DNA from: an uncultured Candidatus Saccharibacteria bacterium
Lineage (GTDB): Bacteria > Patescibacteriota > UBA1384 > XYA2-FULL-43-10 > 1-14-0-10-43-13
NCBI GenBank assembly: GCA_964543385.1
Contig: CAZIYE010000001.1
Coordinates: 360,001-392,000, forward strand
Length of the DNA: 32,000 nt
Reading direction: 5' to 3'
The stretch's first letter is position 1. Every line of letters begins with the position of its first letter. Position numbers and translations under genes: made by a program. The notes under the pieces were generated by a model. That model was not told the DNA's origin. It made no database searches and saw only the letters and a program-made list of their open reading frames with translations. Of this stretch, positions 9,194 to 17,568 are shown one piece after another.

Positions 9194-9943
9194 TTACGCA
9201 GCGTTCATGGCCGCTTCCAGAATATCCCATTCCAGTTTGGGATGGCGCACAACCTGACCGGCAGCAATCAGCGCTGCGACCGTCGGATCATCCTGATGAT
9301 ATTCTTCTGTCGGCCGGAAAATGTCGCATAGTATGGGAATCGGCGGTTTGCCGGGCCGACAAAATTCGTGTGTTTCCGGCCACGCCCGATCAACAGCGCA
9401 GATCACATATTGGACGATTCCGCCACCCTCTTCGATGAGATCTGCCATCTTACCGGTGCTTTTGCCATTATTGAAAACGTCTTCTCCGATGGCATAGCGT
9501 TTACCGGGGATAATTGGGTGACGACCTGCTTTGAACATCGAGGCTTTACGGGTGCTCTCCGTTTCCAGCGCAGTCACTATTTCATCCGGAAACCCGTATT
9601 CAATCTGGTCGTAGCCACGGTGCCAGCAGATATGCGCGATCGCCTCTGAGAGAGTGAGACCGCCCATTGGTGAACCGTAGATCACCTCAGGAAATCCGTT
9701 CGCGTGCAGCAGGCCGAACATCATCTCGGCAAACTGTACATTATCCGCCGTCCCTTCGACCATAGCGTAATTGTAGTACGCCGCGCCAACCCAGTGATGG
9801 ATTTCATCATATTTGGCCGAATACTGTACCAACGGCCCAACGATTTTACCATCAGGGGTTGACTTCGATTGATAGGACCCGCGGCGTTGCCGCATAAGCA
9901 GCAGCAAGCGATCTTGCTCCTGCTGATTTGGTGAATATAACAC
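9194..9943 (-). CDS. type I phosphoribosyltransferase, PyrE-like but divergent
   Basis: PRPP-binding loop pattern RYAIGEDVFNNGKSTGK and a downstream VICAVDRA. I prefer the GTG start at 9943, which has a perfect AGGAGG SD 7 nt upstream and lies 13 nt after the pyrF stop. The longer track ORF (to 10033) would overlap pyrF. Confidence 0.7.
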   Translation of the reverse strand: MLYSPNQQEQDRLLLLMRQRRGSYQSKSTPDGKIVGPLVQYSAKYDEIHHWVGAAYYNYAMVEGTADNVQFAEMMFGLLHANGFPEVIYGSPMGGLTLSEAIAHICWHRGYDQIEYGFPDEIVTALETESTRKASMFKAGRHPIIPGKRYAIGEDVFNNGKSTGKMADLIEEGGGIVQYVICAVDRAWPETHEFCRPGKPPIPILCDIFRPTEEYHQDDPTVAALIAAGQVVRHPKLEWDILEAAMNAA

Positions 9944-9956
9944 GATATCGCCTCCT

Positions 9957-10784
9957 CTAGGCGGCTTCTCTGGCCGCCAGACCTTCTTCGATCTCACGCA
10001 CAGCGCGCGCCACAACACCAGCGATGTCACCATCGGCCGGCTTGGTCAGCGGACGCCCCATTACCAGGAAGTCGGAGCCATCGGCGATTGCGATTGCAGG
10101 GGTGACGACCTGCTTCTGGTCCTGAACATCTCCATCGGCGAAGCGGATGCCCGGCGTCACGACCAGGAAATCCCGACCGCAAGCGGCCTTGATCGCCTTG
10201 ACATGCTGAGCCGAGGCTACAACACCATCGAGACCCGCTTCCTTAGCGAGAAGCGCAAGCTGTACTACTACATACTGCACGGCTGCTTTCTCGTTTTCGA
10301 AATTGATCCCGTCGGGGCTCTTGTTCATAAGCCCGAGCTGAAAGAGGTTCGCGTAGTCGAGGCTCGTCAACACAGTGACGCCGATGACGAGTGGCCGCAT
10401 TGAGAGGCCAAGCGCCACGGCTTCGGCTTCGGCGGCTTCACGTGCCGCTTTCATCGCCTCAAGCCCGGAAAGACAGTGCATGTTGATCATGTGCACGCCC
10501 AGACGGACAAGAGACTTGACCGCGCCCACCACCGTGTTCGGAATGTCGGAAAGCTTACCGTCAAGGAAGACGGCCCCACCGATCTCGATAATGTGGCGAA
10601 TGACTGAGGAGAACTCGCCGGTCATAATGAGTTCCAGGCCAACCTTAAAGAACTTGACGCCCTTCGCGGCCATCTGGTCCACCATGGCGATTGCCTTTGC
10701 CGGCGAATCGAAGTCCAACGGGATGATGATCATCCCTGCTACGCTTGCGCATAGCTGAAGCAACCATTGACGTGTTGTCTTCAC
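9957..10784 (-). CDS. pyrF: orotidine 5'-phosphate decarboxylase
   Basis: OMPDC signatures are present: IIPLDFD, FFKVGLEL, FLDGKLSDIPNTV (the DxKxxD catalytic motif), VTPGIR and DQKQVVTP...LVMGRPLT. GTG start with a GGAGAAGGAGAAGG SD region. Confidence 0.85.
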   Translation of the reverse strand: MKTTRQWLLQLCASVAGMIIIPLDFDSPAKAIAMVDQMAAKGVKFFKVGLELIMTGEFSSVIRHIIEIGGAVFLDGKLSDIPNTVVGAVKSLVRLGVHMINMHCLSGLEAMKAAREAAEAEAVALGLSMRPLVIGVTVLTSLDYANLFQLGLMNKSPDGINFENEKAAVQYVVVQLALLAKEAGLDGVVASAQHVKAIKAACGRDFLVVTPGIRFADGDVQDQKQVVTPAIAIADGSDFLVMGRPLTKPADGDIAGVVARAVREIEEGLAAREAA

Positions 10785-10881
10785 TTAGATTACCTTCTCC
10801 TTCTCCATATCATTAGATACGGAACACAGCCCCGATCGAGTCGGGGTCAAGTTGTCGTTCGGTTGTTAACCGATATGGTAC

Positions 10882-10917
10882 AAAAAAAGCTCCGCTATCT
10901 TCGAATCATAGCCAAGC
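10882..10917 (-). terminator. terminator-like hairpin plus U7 in the pyrF leader (possible attenuator, or a second cdsA terminator)
   Basis: Minus strand reads GCTTGGCTAT-GATTCGAAG-ATAGCGGAGC followed by TTTTTTT (the A7 at 10882-10888 on the plus strand). Confidence 0.4.
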
Positions 10918-10931
10918 CCTCTTATGGTAGT

Positions 10932-10960
10932 AATATAGAGAAAAACTATATGGAAAGCAA
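10932..10960 (-). promoter_or_regulatory. candidate sigma70-type promoter for pyrF-PRTase
   Basis: Minus strand shows TTGCTT (10960-10955), a 17-nt spacer, then TATATT (10937-10932). Confidence 0.3.
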
Positions 10961-10984
10961 CAAATATGGTCCTATTAATGCGAA

Positions 10985-11008
10985 AGCGGTCCCCATACGG
11001 GGACCGCT
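10985..11008 (-). terminator. hairpin immediately after the cdsA stop
   Basis: Perfect 10-bp stem AGCGGTCCCC / GGGGACCGCT with a 4-nt loop. The weak U tract (TTCGCATT) on the minus strand lowers confidence. Confidence 0.45.
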
Positions 11009-11015
11009 CTGCTAA

Positions 11016-11834
11016 TTAACCGACCAGGCTAAGGATGATATATGCAATTGGCGCTGCATATATCATACTATCGAGCCTGTCGAGTATCCCTCCATGACCG
11101 GGGAGAAGGTCACCGGAATCCTTTTTCTTGAAATTCCTTTTCAAAAAAGATTCAACCAGGTCTCCGACCTGACCGAGGAGTCCGATAACTGGCCCAAGAA
11201 GGACCAGAAACGGGTTATGGAGAGTCATAGCGAATGCAATTGCAAATGCCAGTGCTGCCACAAAGCCAGCAACCGAACCACCGATGGTCTTCCCCGCGCT
11301 GACATCTGGGCAGAGCTTGGCGCTCTTTATCCGGCTACCGATCAGGTAAGCCGTAATGTCTATTGCCCAAATCGTAACCAGGAATACTAACAGTAGCACA
11401 GGCCCCTTGGACAAACTCAATCCCCCGATTTCAACATGTCCTGGAATAGACCTGATAGCGACTAAGAAGCTTGGCAGCACACTGACATAGACCGCAAACC
11501 TGAGAAGGTTCGTAGGTTCTAGGTAGAACTTTCTATCGAGAAGTTCTGATCCTAGAAAAATGACAGTGAACACAGCAAGCATACAGAGTGGCGCAGACCA
11601 CAGACTATCAGCCAAAGCAACAGTGCTTAGCATGAAAGTGGCGACAGCCATGAAAATCCATGGCAACTTTACAATTCCTTTTACTTCCATCAAGTCACAG
11701 TATTCGCTCGCCATGATGGCGATCAAAACAGCAACAATAATGGAGAATAACAGGTCGTTGCAAAAAAAGATGGCAACAACTGCTAGGGGTATCCCAATCA
11801 CAGTTACTACCAATCTTTGCAGGAATTTTTTCAT
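11016..11834 (-). CDS. cdsA: phosphatidate cytidylyltransferase (CDP-diglyceride synthase)
   Basis: Polytopic membrane protein with the CdsA signature SFLKRNFKKKDSGDLLPGHGGILDRLDS. I prefer the ATG at 11834 (MKKFLQRL...) over the GTG at 11870. Confidence 0.85.
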   Translation of the reverse strand: MKKFLQRLVVTVIGIPLAVVAIFFCNDLLFSIIVAVLIAIMASEYCDLMEVKGIVKLPWIFMAVATFMLSTVALADSLWSAPLCMLAVFTVIFLGSELLDRKFYLEPTNLLRFAVYVSVLPSFLVAIRSIPGHVEIGGLSLSKGPVLLLVFLVTIWAIDITAYLIGSRIKSAKLCPDVSAGKTIGGSVAGFVAALAFAIAFAMTLHNPFLVLLGPVIGLLGQVGDLVESFLKRNFKKKDSGDLLPGHGGILDRLDSMIYAAPIAYIILSLVG

Positions 11835-11899
11835 ATCCCTACCCCCGAAACAGCGTGCCACCCTGGTCACGTCTTATGTTTGGTCGTCGTATTTAGCGA

Positions 11900-11949
11900 C
11901 CCATAATAATACAAATAAATGGCACTATTGTCAAGACAATATGCCATTT
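11900..11949 (-). terminator. intrinsic terminator after alaS
   Basis: Hairpin AAATGGCA(c)TATTGT / ACAATATGCCATTT at 11917-11949. On the minus strand it is followed by ATTTGTATTATTATGG. Confidence 0.55.
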
Positions 11950-11976
11950 ATTACAGAACCATCTATAGTTAAAATA

Positions 11977-13740
11977 TTATTTGAGAACAGCCTTTATTCG
12001 TCGAACACCAGAGGAAGAACTCTCTTCTTTTTGTATTTCAAAATGACCTAGCTCTCCAGTACGACTGGCATGAGGCCCACCACAAATTTCCTTTGAAAAT
12101 TCACCAATAGTATATACTTTTACTTTTTCACCATATTTTGAATCAAATACGCCCATCGCTCCCTGCGCTTTAGCCTCGTCCACACTCATTTCTGTCATAT
12201 CGATAGATAAATTTTTCTGGATTTGCTCATTGACCAAATCCTCCACTTGCTTGATCTGTTCAGGAGTCATCTTCTCCGGATGCGAAAAATCAAACCTCAA
12301 TCGATCAGGTGTAATATTAGAACCTTTTTGATAAACATGATCTCCTAAAACTTTTCGAAGTGCTGCGAGCATCAGATGAGCTGCCGTATGGAGTCTCTTC
12401 GTCTCTTCACCAGCATCAGCAAGTCCACCTTTAAACATACCAGAAGAGGCGGTACGAGATTTTTCTTGATGATCCTTATAAAAAATATTGAATTTATCTA
12501 TAGCATCATCAGCCAATAACACTTTCCTGACATTTAATTCTTCAACAGAAATTTCTAATGGGATACCTCTTGATTGATATAGATCAAAAAGTTCATGGCC
12601 GTCTACTTTAACACCATTTTTCTCAAAATGCTTTTGATAAGAGTTGATTTCGATCAGTCCGGCGATAAGAGTTTTTCTGAATTTGTTCTCCTCTTTTTCA
12701 ATTTCAGAAAGAATAGTTTCCTTATTGAAGTTATACACCCCTTCATAAATCTCAAAGACCTTCTCAGCAATTTTGGTTGTGAAATTTTCACTAATTGCAA
12801 GCTGATGGCCTTTAACAATCGCCCGACGAATTAACCTTCTTAAGACATATCCCCTGTCTTTATTAGATGGTACCACTCCATCATTTATCATAAATGTAGC
12901 AGCCTTTAGATGGTCTGCAATAATACGAAAATCTTTCTCATTTTCAGAATATTTTTTGCCAGAAATTTGCTCAATTTCTTTTAAAATTAGTTCAAAAAGG
13001 TCAGTTTCAAAGACATTATCTCGTCCATCAAGGTATGACAATATTCTCTCTAATCCACCACCAAAATCAACATTCTTTTGAGTTAAAAGTTCGAATTTGC
13101 CATCCTCTGCTTTGTTGTACTCCATAAAAACATCGTTGCAAATTTCCACCCAATTTTTGTCTTTTGGATCATATTTTTGAGGTGCTACTCCCCCACCAGT
13201 CCAAACAAACATCTCAGTATCAGGGCCACATGGTCCGGTTACTCCCGCCGGCCCCCACCAGTTATCTTCATAGCCAAGAAAAGCGATTCTTTTCTCCGGG
13301 ATTCCCAAAGCTTTCCAAATGGCAGCAGACTCATTATCTTTTGGGATGCCACTCGATGGATCACCCTCGAAACAGGTAACTGCCAAATTTTTAGGATCAA
13401 TTTTCAATACCTTGGTTAGAAATTCAAATATGTATTCTATAGCGTCTTTTTTGAAGTAATCACCAAGCGACCAATATCCAAGCATCTCAAAGAAGGTGCA
13501 ATGAGTCTTGTCGCCAACTTCATCAATATCGCCGGTCCTGATACATTTCTGAACATTAGTAAGCCTTTTACCGGCAGGGTGCTTTTCACCTATTAAATAT
13601 GGCACCAGTGGGTGCATACCAGCAGTTGTAAATAAGACTGTGGGATCATTTTCTGGCACCAAAGAAGCAGAAGGAAGCACAAAGTGCCCCTTCTCTTTAA
13701 AAAACCCAATAAATTTATTTCTTAACTCTCTTGAATCCAT
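11977..13740 (-). CDS. alaS: alanine--tRNA ligase, short form (catalytic domain, tRNA-recognition domain and a minimal editing core; no C-Ala domain)
   Basis: 587 aa with a class II AlaRS N-terminus (FTTAGMHPLVPY, FFEMLGYWSLGDYFK, WGPAGVTGPCGPDTE). Editing-site motifs HTAAH and CGGPH lie in the last ~135 aa. Confidence 0.9.
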   Translation of the reverse strand: MDSRELRNKFIGFFKEKGHFVLPSASLVPENDPTVLFTTAGMHPLVPYLIGEKHPAGKRLTNVQKCIRTGDIDEVGDKTHCTFFEMLGYWSLGDYFKKDAIEYIFEFLTKVLKIDPKNLAVTCFEGDPSSGIPKDNESAAIWKALGIPEKRIAFLGYEDNWWGPAGVTGPCGPDTEMFVWTGGGVAPQKYDPKDKNWVEICNDVFMEYNKAEDGKFELLTQKNVDFGGGLERILSYLDGRDNVFETDLFELILKEIEQISGKKYSENEKDFRIIADHLKAATFMINDGVVPSNKDRGYVLRRLIRRAIVKGHQLAISENFTTKIAEKVFEIYEGVYNFNKETILSEIEKEENKFRKTLIAGLIEINSYQKHFEKNGVKVDGHELFDLYQSRGIPLEISVEELNVRKVLLADDAIDKFNIFYKDHQEKSRTASSGMFKGGLADAGEETKRLHTAAHLMLAALRKVLGDHVYQKGSNITPDRLRFDFSHPEKMTPEQIKQVEDLVNEQIQKNLSIDMTEMSVDEAKAQGAMGVFDSKYGEKVKVYTIGEFSKEICGGPHASRTGELGHFEIQKEESSSSGVRRIKAVLK

Positions 13741-13767
13741 AACCGTTCTAAAATTAATAAACCATTA

Positions 13768-14433
13768 CTAGAAATTAAACACGTTGCCAAAGATTCTTGA
13801 CCAAACAAAACCTCTGATTTTAGCCTCTTCTTCCTCTGGCGCAGCCTGTTTTAGCTCGACAGCTTCAAAAATACCAAGTTCTCGAGGATACATTGTTCTG
13901 TAAACATTTTGATAATTAATTACTTTCTTCACGTAGTTTACAGTTTCTCCTTTTGAATTACTATTAATAATCTTGTCAAAGATATTCCGTCTAATCCAAC
14001 TATCAGCAGTCCCGGTTCCAGCATTATAGCCTACCAGTGCTTGCTCAACAGAACCATTGTATTTCCTCAAGAGGTCACGCAAATGAGCAGCACCAAATTC
14101 TACTGAAGTTTCTGCATCAAAAATATCATAATTTGGCCATCTGCCAGTCTCCTTTGCCATTGTTGCAGCAGTTCCTGGCATAAATTGCATCAATCCCCTT
14201 GCCCCCATCGGAGAAACAGCTTTGGGGTTGAATCGGCTTTCCTGAAAAATCACTGCCGCTACCAATGCTGGGTCAACATCATATTTGTCAGAATATGTAC
14301 GGATATAATCTTCGTACTTCAAAGGATAAACCTCATCTGCAAACATCTTAGGTAAATAAAAATATAAGGCTAGTGCCCCCAAAACACAAAGAGAAATAGC
14401 CAAATATGCTTTAATTTTCTTCTTTTTCAACAT
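13768..14433 (-). CDS. lytic transglycosylase (SLT domain), membrane anchored
   Basis: 221 aa with an N-terminal TM. SLT motifs are present: FQESRFNP (catalytic Glu), GLMQFMP and AGYNAG. Confidence 0.85.
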   Translation of the reverse strand: MLKKKKIKAYLAISLCVLGALALYFYLPKMFADEVYPLKYEDYIRTYSDKYDVDPALVAAVIFQESRFNPKAVSPMGARGLMQFMPGTAATMAKETGRWPNYDIFDAETSVEFGAAHLRDLLRKYNGSVEQALVGYNAGTGTADSWIRRNIFDKIINSNSKGETVNYVKKVINYQNVYRTMYPRELGIFEAVELKQAAPEEEEAKIRGFVWSRIFGNVFNF

Positions 14434-14504
14434 AGGTATGGCCCTTTTTTATTTGTCTAATAATAACACAGGACAAATGATATGAGAAGTTATCGCCTAG
14501 CGAC

Positions 14505-15410
14505 TTACATCCAGCTTCTCTTTCTAAAATAGAAAAGCATAGTAATACTGATAAAAACAAGGAAACCAAAAATTATTTCGGTTGAGAATCGGCTTTCAGC
14601 AAATGGCAATCCAGAAACATTCATTCCATAGAAACCAGTAATCACTGTCAAAGGAAGCATTATTACCGAAATAATCGTTAGAATCTTCATGACTTCATTC
14701 AAACGTTGAGTTAGGAGAGACTCGTTTGTACGCTGCAACACATCTACAACTTCCTTATTACTGTCTAGAAGTTCCCAAATTCTATCAATCTTATCGGCGA
14801 TATCTTCATAATAAAATTCCAGGTCTTCGGCAATGAATTTTGTCTTAATCGCCTCTAAATCCTCAATAAAATATCGCTGTGGTCGAATAACTCTTCGAAA
14901 ATTGATAATGTCCTGAGCAATAATCGAAAGTTCTTCCAACGTATTCCTGGATTGGTCGACATAAAGTTCATCTTCTACACGATCAAGGTTAAATCCTATT
15001 TTCTCTAGCATTGGAAAACAATAATTAAATGAGGTATTCAATATCTCATAAAGCAAATAGGCCGGTGACGAATATTTTAGTTGACCAGTATTTTTTGAAA
15101 TTTCTGCAAAGTACCTATTAAGTGGTTTAAGATCACCATTGTGGAGAGTAATTACATAGTTCTTACCCAAAAAAACGTTTAGTTCTAGTGCGACAGTCCT
15201 CCTTGAAACCTTCAAATATCGCGGAAGATGGAAAACCATAAAAAGATAACTTTCATAATCATCAATCTTCGGCTGCTGTATACTTAAACGGCAATCTTCG
15301 ATAGCTAAATGGTGAAATTTATATTTTTCTTCCAAAAAATCTAGATCTGTATTGGTAGGATCAACGATATTTATCCAAGAGAAATTTTTGAATTTTACTT
15401 CCTGACGCAT
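14505..15410 (-). CDS. corA: CorA-family Mg2+/Co2+ transporter
   Basis: 301 aa with the YGMNV signature between two C-terminal TM helices. Confidence 0.85.
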   Translation of the reverse strand: MRQEVKFKNFSWINIVDPTNTDLDFLEEKYKFHHLAIEDCRLSIQQPKIDDYESYLFMVFHLPRYLKVSRRTVALELNVFLGKNYVITLHNGDLKPLNRYFAEISKNTGQLKYSSPAYLLYEILNTSFNYCFPMLEKIGFNLDRVEDELYVDQSRNTLEELSIIAQDIINFRRVIRPQRYFIEDLEAIKTKFIAEDLEFYYEDIADKIDRIWELLDSNKEVVDVLQRTNESLLTQRLNEVMKILTIISVIMLPLTVITGFYGMNVSGLPFAESRFSTEIIFGFLVFISITMLFYFRKRSWM

Positions 15411-15557
15411 AATTTCCCTATCTATATTAAATTGTTTACAGCTTCAATGAATATGCCATATAAATCATATAATGACAAACAAATACTGTCAAAGCAAGAG
15501 CCATTTTATGAATTATGGCAAAGAATTAATAGCTTTTTTACCATCAAATAAGCTAGA

Positions 15558-15587
15558 TTTACAAGAGAAATATTATTGGGCTATAAT
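15558..15587 (+). promoter_or_regulatory. candidate promoter of the ABC transporter pair
   Basis: TTTACA (15558-15563), an 18-nt spacer, then TATAAT (15582-15587). An AAGGGAG SD lies at 15609-15615. Confidence 0.45.
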
Positions 15588-15620
15588 ATTGTTTGTTTAA
15601 TAAAAGCTAAGGGAGCAAAT

Positions 15621-16787
15621 ATGGATATATTGAAAAATGTATTTAAGCGAAAAATGCGTGCCTTTTTGACAATTTTCGGTATTGTGATCGGCATCCTGGC
15701 TCTTGTCATGATGGGTTCTATTGCTGAAAAATTAACTCTATTAGTTGATGGTGGGACAAAATATTATTCAGATAAAGTCACTGTTTCGGAAGCCTCAAAC
15801 GCTATAACAGGCTTTGGGACAAACCCTCTGTCTATCGACAAGATCGCTGACCTCGAAAAGGTTGATGGCGTTGCTAGGGCCAGTTCTGGTATAGCCATGA
15901 TGCTCGACGAAGAGATGAGCTCGGTAAATATGGGCGTTCCTCCAAATATTCAAGGCACAGATTTTCGAGACGAAGGCTTTGAGAGTTTTAAGATTTTTTA
16001 CTCATCCGGTAGAGCATTAGCACCCGATGATAACGGTAAAGTTGTTGTCGGCTCTGACCTAGTAAAGAAGTTAAGCGCAAAAGTTGGGAACAAGGTAAAA
16101 ATTCGCGGAAAATATTTTGAGGTCGTAGGAATTATGGAAAAAACCCTGACTGCTCCTGATTCGGCAGTTATGATGACCCTTTTAGACTCGCAAGATCTTT
16201 ATGCAAAAACCCTGCCAGAAGCTATCAGAACACAGGTAGATATAAAAAAACTTGTTACTTCTATAGTCGTATTTCCTAAAAAAGATGTGAACCCTGACGA
16301 ACTTGCTAAAAAAATTAATGCTGAGGTAAAAGGAGTAAAAGCAACCGGGCCAGCAGATTTCCAAAGGGATATCGCCGAGCCGATGAAACCATTCAAGGCA
16401 ATCATCTTTGGTGTTGCATTAATTTCCTTAATTGTTGGCGGACTCTCAATTATCAACACTATGACTATGTCTGTGTCTGAAAGAACTCGAGAAGTGGGAA
16501 TCCGCAAAGCTATAGGTGCATCAGAAGGAAGCATCATCAAACAATTCCTCCTAGAGTCAGCATTTATTGGTTTTCTTGGAGGCATTATTGGCTTAGGATT
16601 AGGATATCTTCTGACTATTTTATTGAACAAAGCAGGTGCTGACAATAACATGGCCATATTTCTGCTTACACCAAGACTAGCTATCGGATCGATTTCCTTT
16701 TCTCTATTCTTGGGGATTTTTTCAGGTATTTATCCAGCATGGTATGCTTCTAGACTAGATCCGATTAAGGCATTAAGATACGAGTAG
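15621..16787 (+). CDS. ABC transporter permease, FtsX/MacB type
   Basis: N-terminal TM, a large extracytoplasmic domain and a C-terminal FtsX-like 3-TM bundle. I prefer the ATG at 15621, which has the SD, over the track start at 15576. Confidence 0.8.
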   Translation: MDILKNVFKRKMRAFLTIFGIVIGILALVMMGSIAEKLTLLVDGGTKYYSDKVTVSEASNAITGFGTNPLSIDKIADLEKVDGVARASSGIAMMLDEEMSSVNMGVPPNIQGTDFRDEGFESFKIFYSSGRALAPDDNGKVVVGSDLVKKLSAKVGNKVKIRGKYFEVVGIMEKTLTAPDSAVMMTLLDSQDLYAKTLPEAIRTQVDIKKLVTSIVVFPKKDVNPDELAKKINAEVKGVKATGPADFQRDIAEPMKPFKAIIFGVALISLIVGGLSIINTMTMSVSERTREVGIRKAIGASEGSIIKQFLLESAFIGFLGGIIGLGLGYLLTILLNKAGADNNMAIFLLTPRLAIGSISFSLFLGIFSGIYPAWYASRLDPIKALRYE

Positions 16788-16797
16788 AGGAATAACA

Positions 16798-17463
16798 ATG
16801 ATAAAAGTAAAAAATATTTCAAAAAGATACCAACTCGGCAAAGATAATTTTGTCGACGCATTACGAGGTGCTTCACTCGAAATTAGTGAAGGGGAAATGG
16901 TTGCAATAATGGGCCCTTCCGGCTCAGGTAAGTCGACGATGATGCATCTCATCGGCTGTCTAGACCATCCAACCAGTGGAGAATTATACTTAAATGACAA
17001 AAGATTAGATAACCTCAATAGACATGAGCTCACAAAGGTTAGAAGCCAGGAAATAGGTTTCATCTTCCAGGGATTTAATTTAATTCCAACACTTACAGCT
17101 CTTGAAAATGTTTCTCTTGCAGCTGAGTATGCTGGAAACACCAAAGCTAAGGCCATTTCTCTAGCCGAAGAAGCGTTAGACAAGGTTGGTTTGAAGAATA
17201 GAGCAAAACATCTACCGAGTGAATTATCAGGTGGACAGCAACAAAGAGTTGCCATCGCTAGAGCCTTGGTCAACAAACCAAAAGTGATACTTGGAGACGA
17301 ACCAACTGGTGATTTAGATACCGCCAGCTCTGAAGAAATTATAAATATGATGAGAAAAGTAAATAAAGAGACTAAAACAACTTTTATTTTGGTCACACAC
17401 AATCCCGATGTTGCAAAATTTTGTGATCGCACAGTCAATATGAAAGATGGTAAAATAGTTTAG
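16798..17463 (+). CDS. ABC transporter ATP-binding protein (MacB/LolD-like)
   Basis: Walker A GPSGSGKST, signature LSGGQQQRVAIARAL, Walker B ILGDEPTGDLD and an H-loop VTHN. Confidence 0.92.
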   Translation: MIKVKNISKRYQLGKDNFVDALRGASLEISEGEMVAIMGPSGSGKSTMMHLIGCLDHPTSGELYLNDKRLDNLNRHELTKVRSQEIGFIFQGFNLIPTLTALENVSLAAEYAGNTKAKAISLAEEALDKVGLKNRAKHLPSELSGGQQQRVAIARALVNKPKVILGDEPTGDLDTASSEEIINMMRKVNKETKTTFILVTHNPDVAKFCDRTVNMKDGKIV

Positions 17464-17509
17464 TTTACAAAAAATATATAGAACTGATACTAGAAGACGC
17501 ACGCATATA

Positions 17510-17539
17510 TTGTACATATGGGTATAAAAATGTTATAAA
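17510..17539 (+). promoter_or_regulatory. candidate promoter (extended -10) for the small zinc-ribbon gene
   Basis: TTGTAC (17510-17515), then TGtTATAAA (17531-17539). A GAGGAG SD at 17556-17561 lies 7 nt before the ATG. Confidence 0.35.
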
Positions 17540-17568
17540 AAAGCAACTGCCCCAAGAGGAGATTAATC

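Noticed and set aside
10375-10758. 127-aa plus-strand ORF in the GC-rich patch (also 9368-9649 and 11094-11390)
   Set aside because: These are antisense to pyrF, the PRTase and cdsA, which carry clear family signatures. Long antisense ORFs are expected in GC-rich DNA.
9064-11976. Integrative element boundaries (att direct repeats, integrase, tRNA target) for the GC-rich patch
   Set aside because: Comparing both junctions by eye, I found no direct repeats of 8 nt or more, no recombinase ORF and no adjacent tRNA. I therefore do not call it a mobile element.
11560-12051. 163-aa plus-strand ORF spanning the cdsA-alaS junction
   Set aside because: It is antisense to two real genes and crosses the alaS terminator hairpin.
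13741-13767. T-box leader upstream of alaS, and an M-box upstream of corA (15411-15560)
   Set aside because: Only 27 nt separate alaS from the upstream gene. The corA upstream region is AT-rich and shows no long conserved helices.
16773-17438. 221-aa minus-strand ORF mirroring the ABC ATPase gene
   Set aside because: It is antisense to a gene with complete Walker A, signature and Walker B motifs. It has no motifs or SD of its own.
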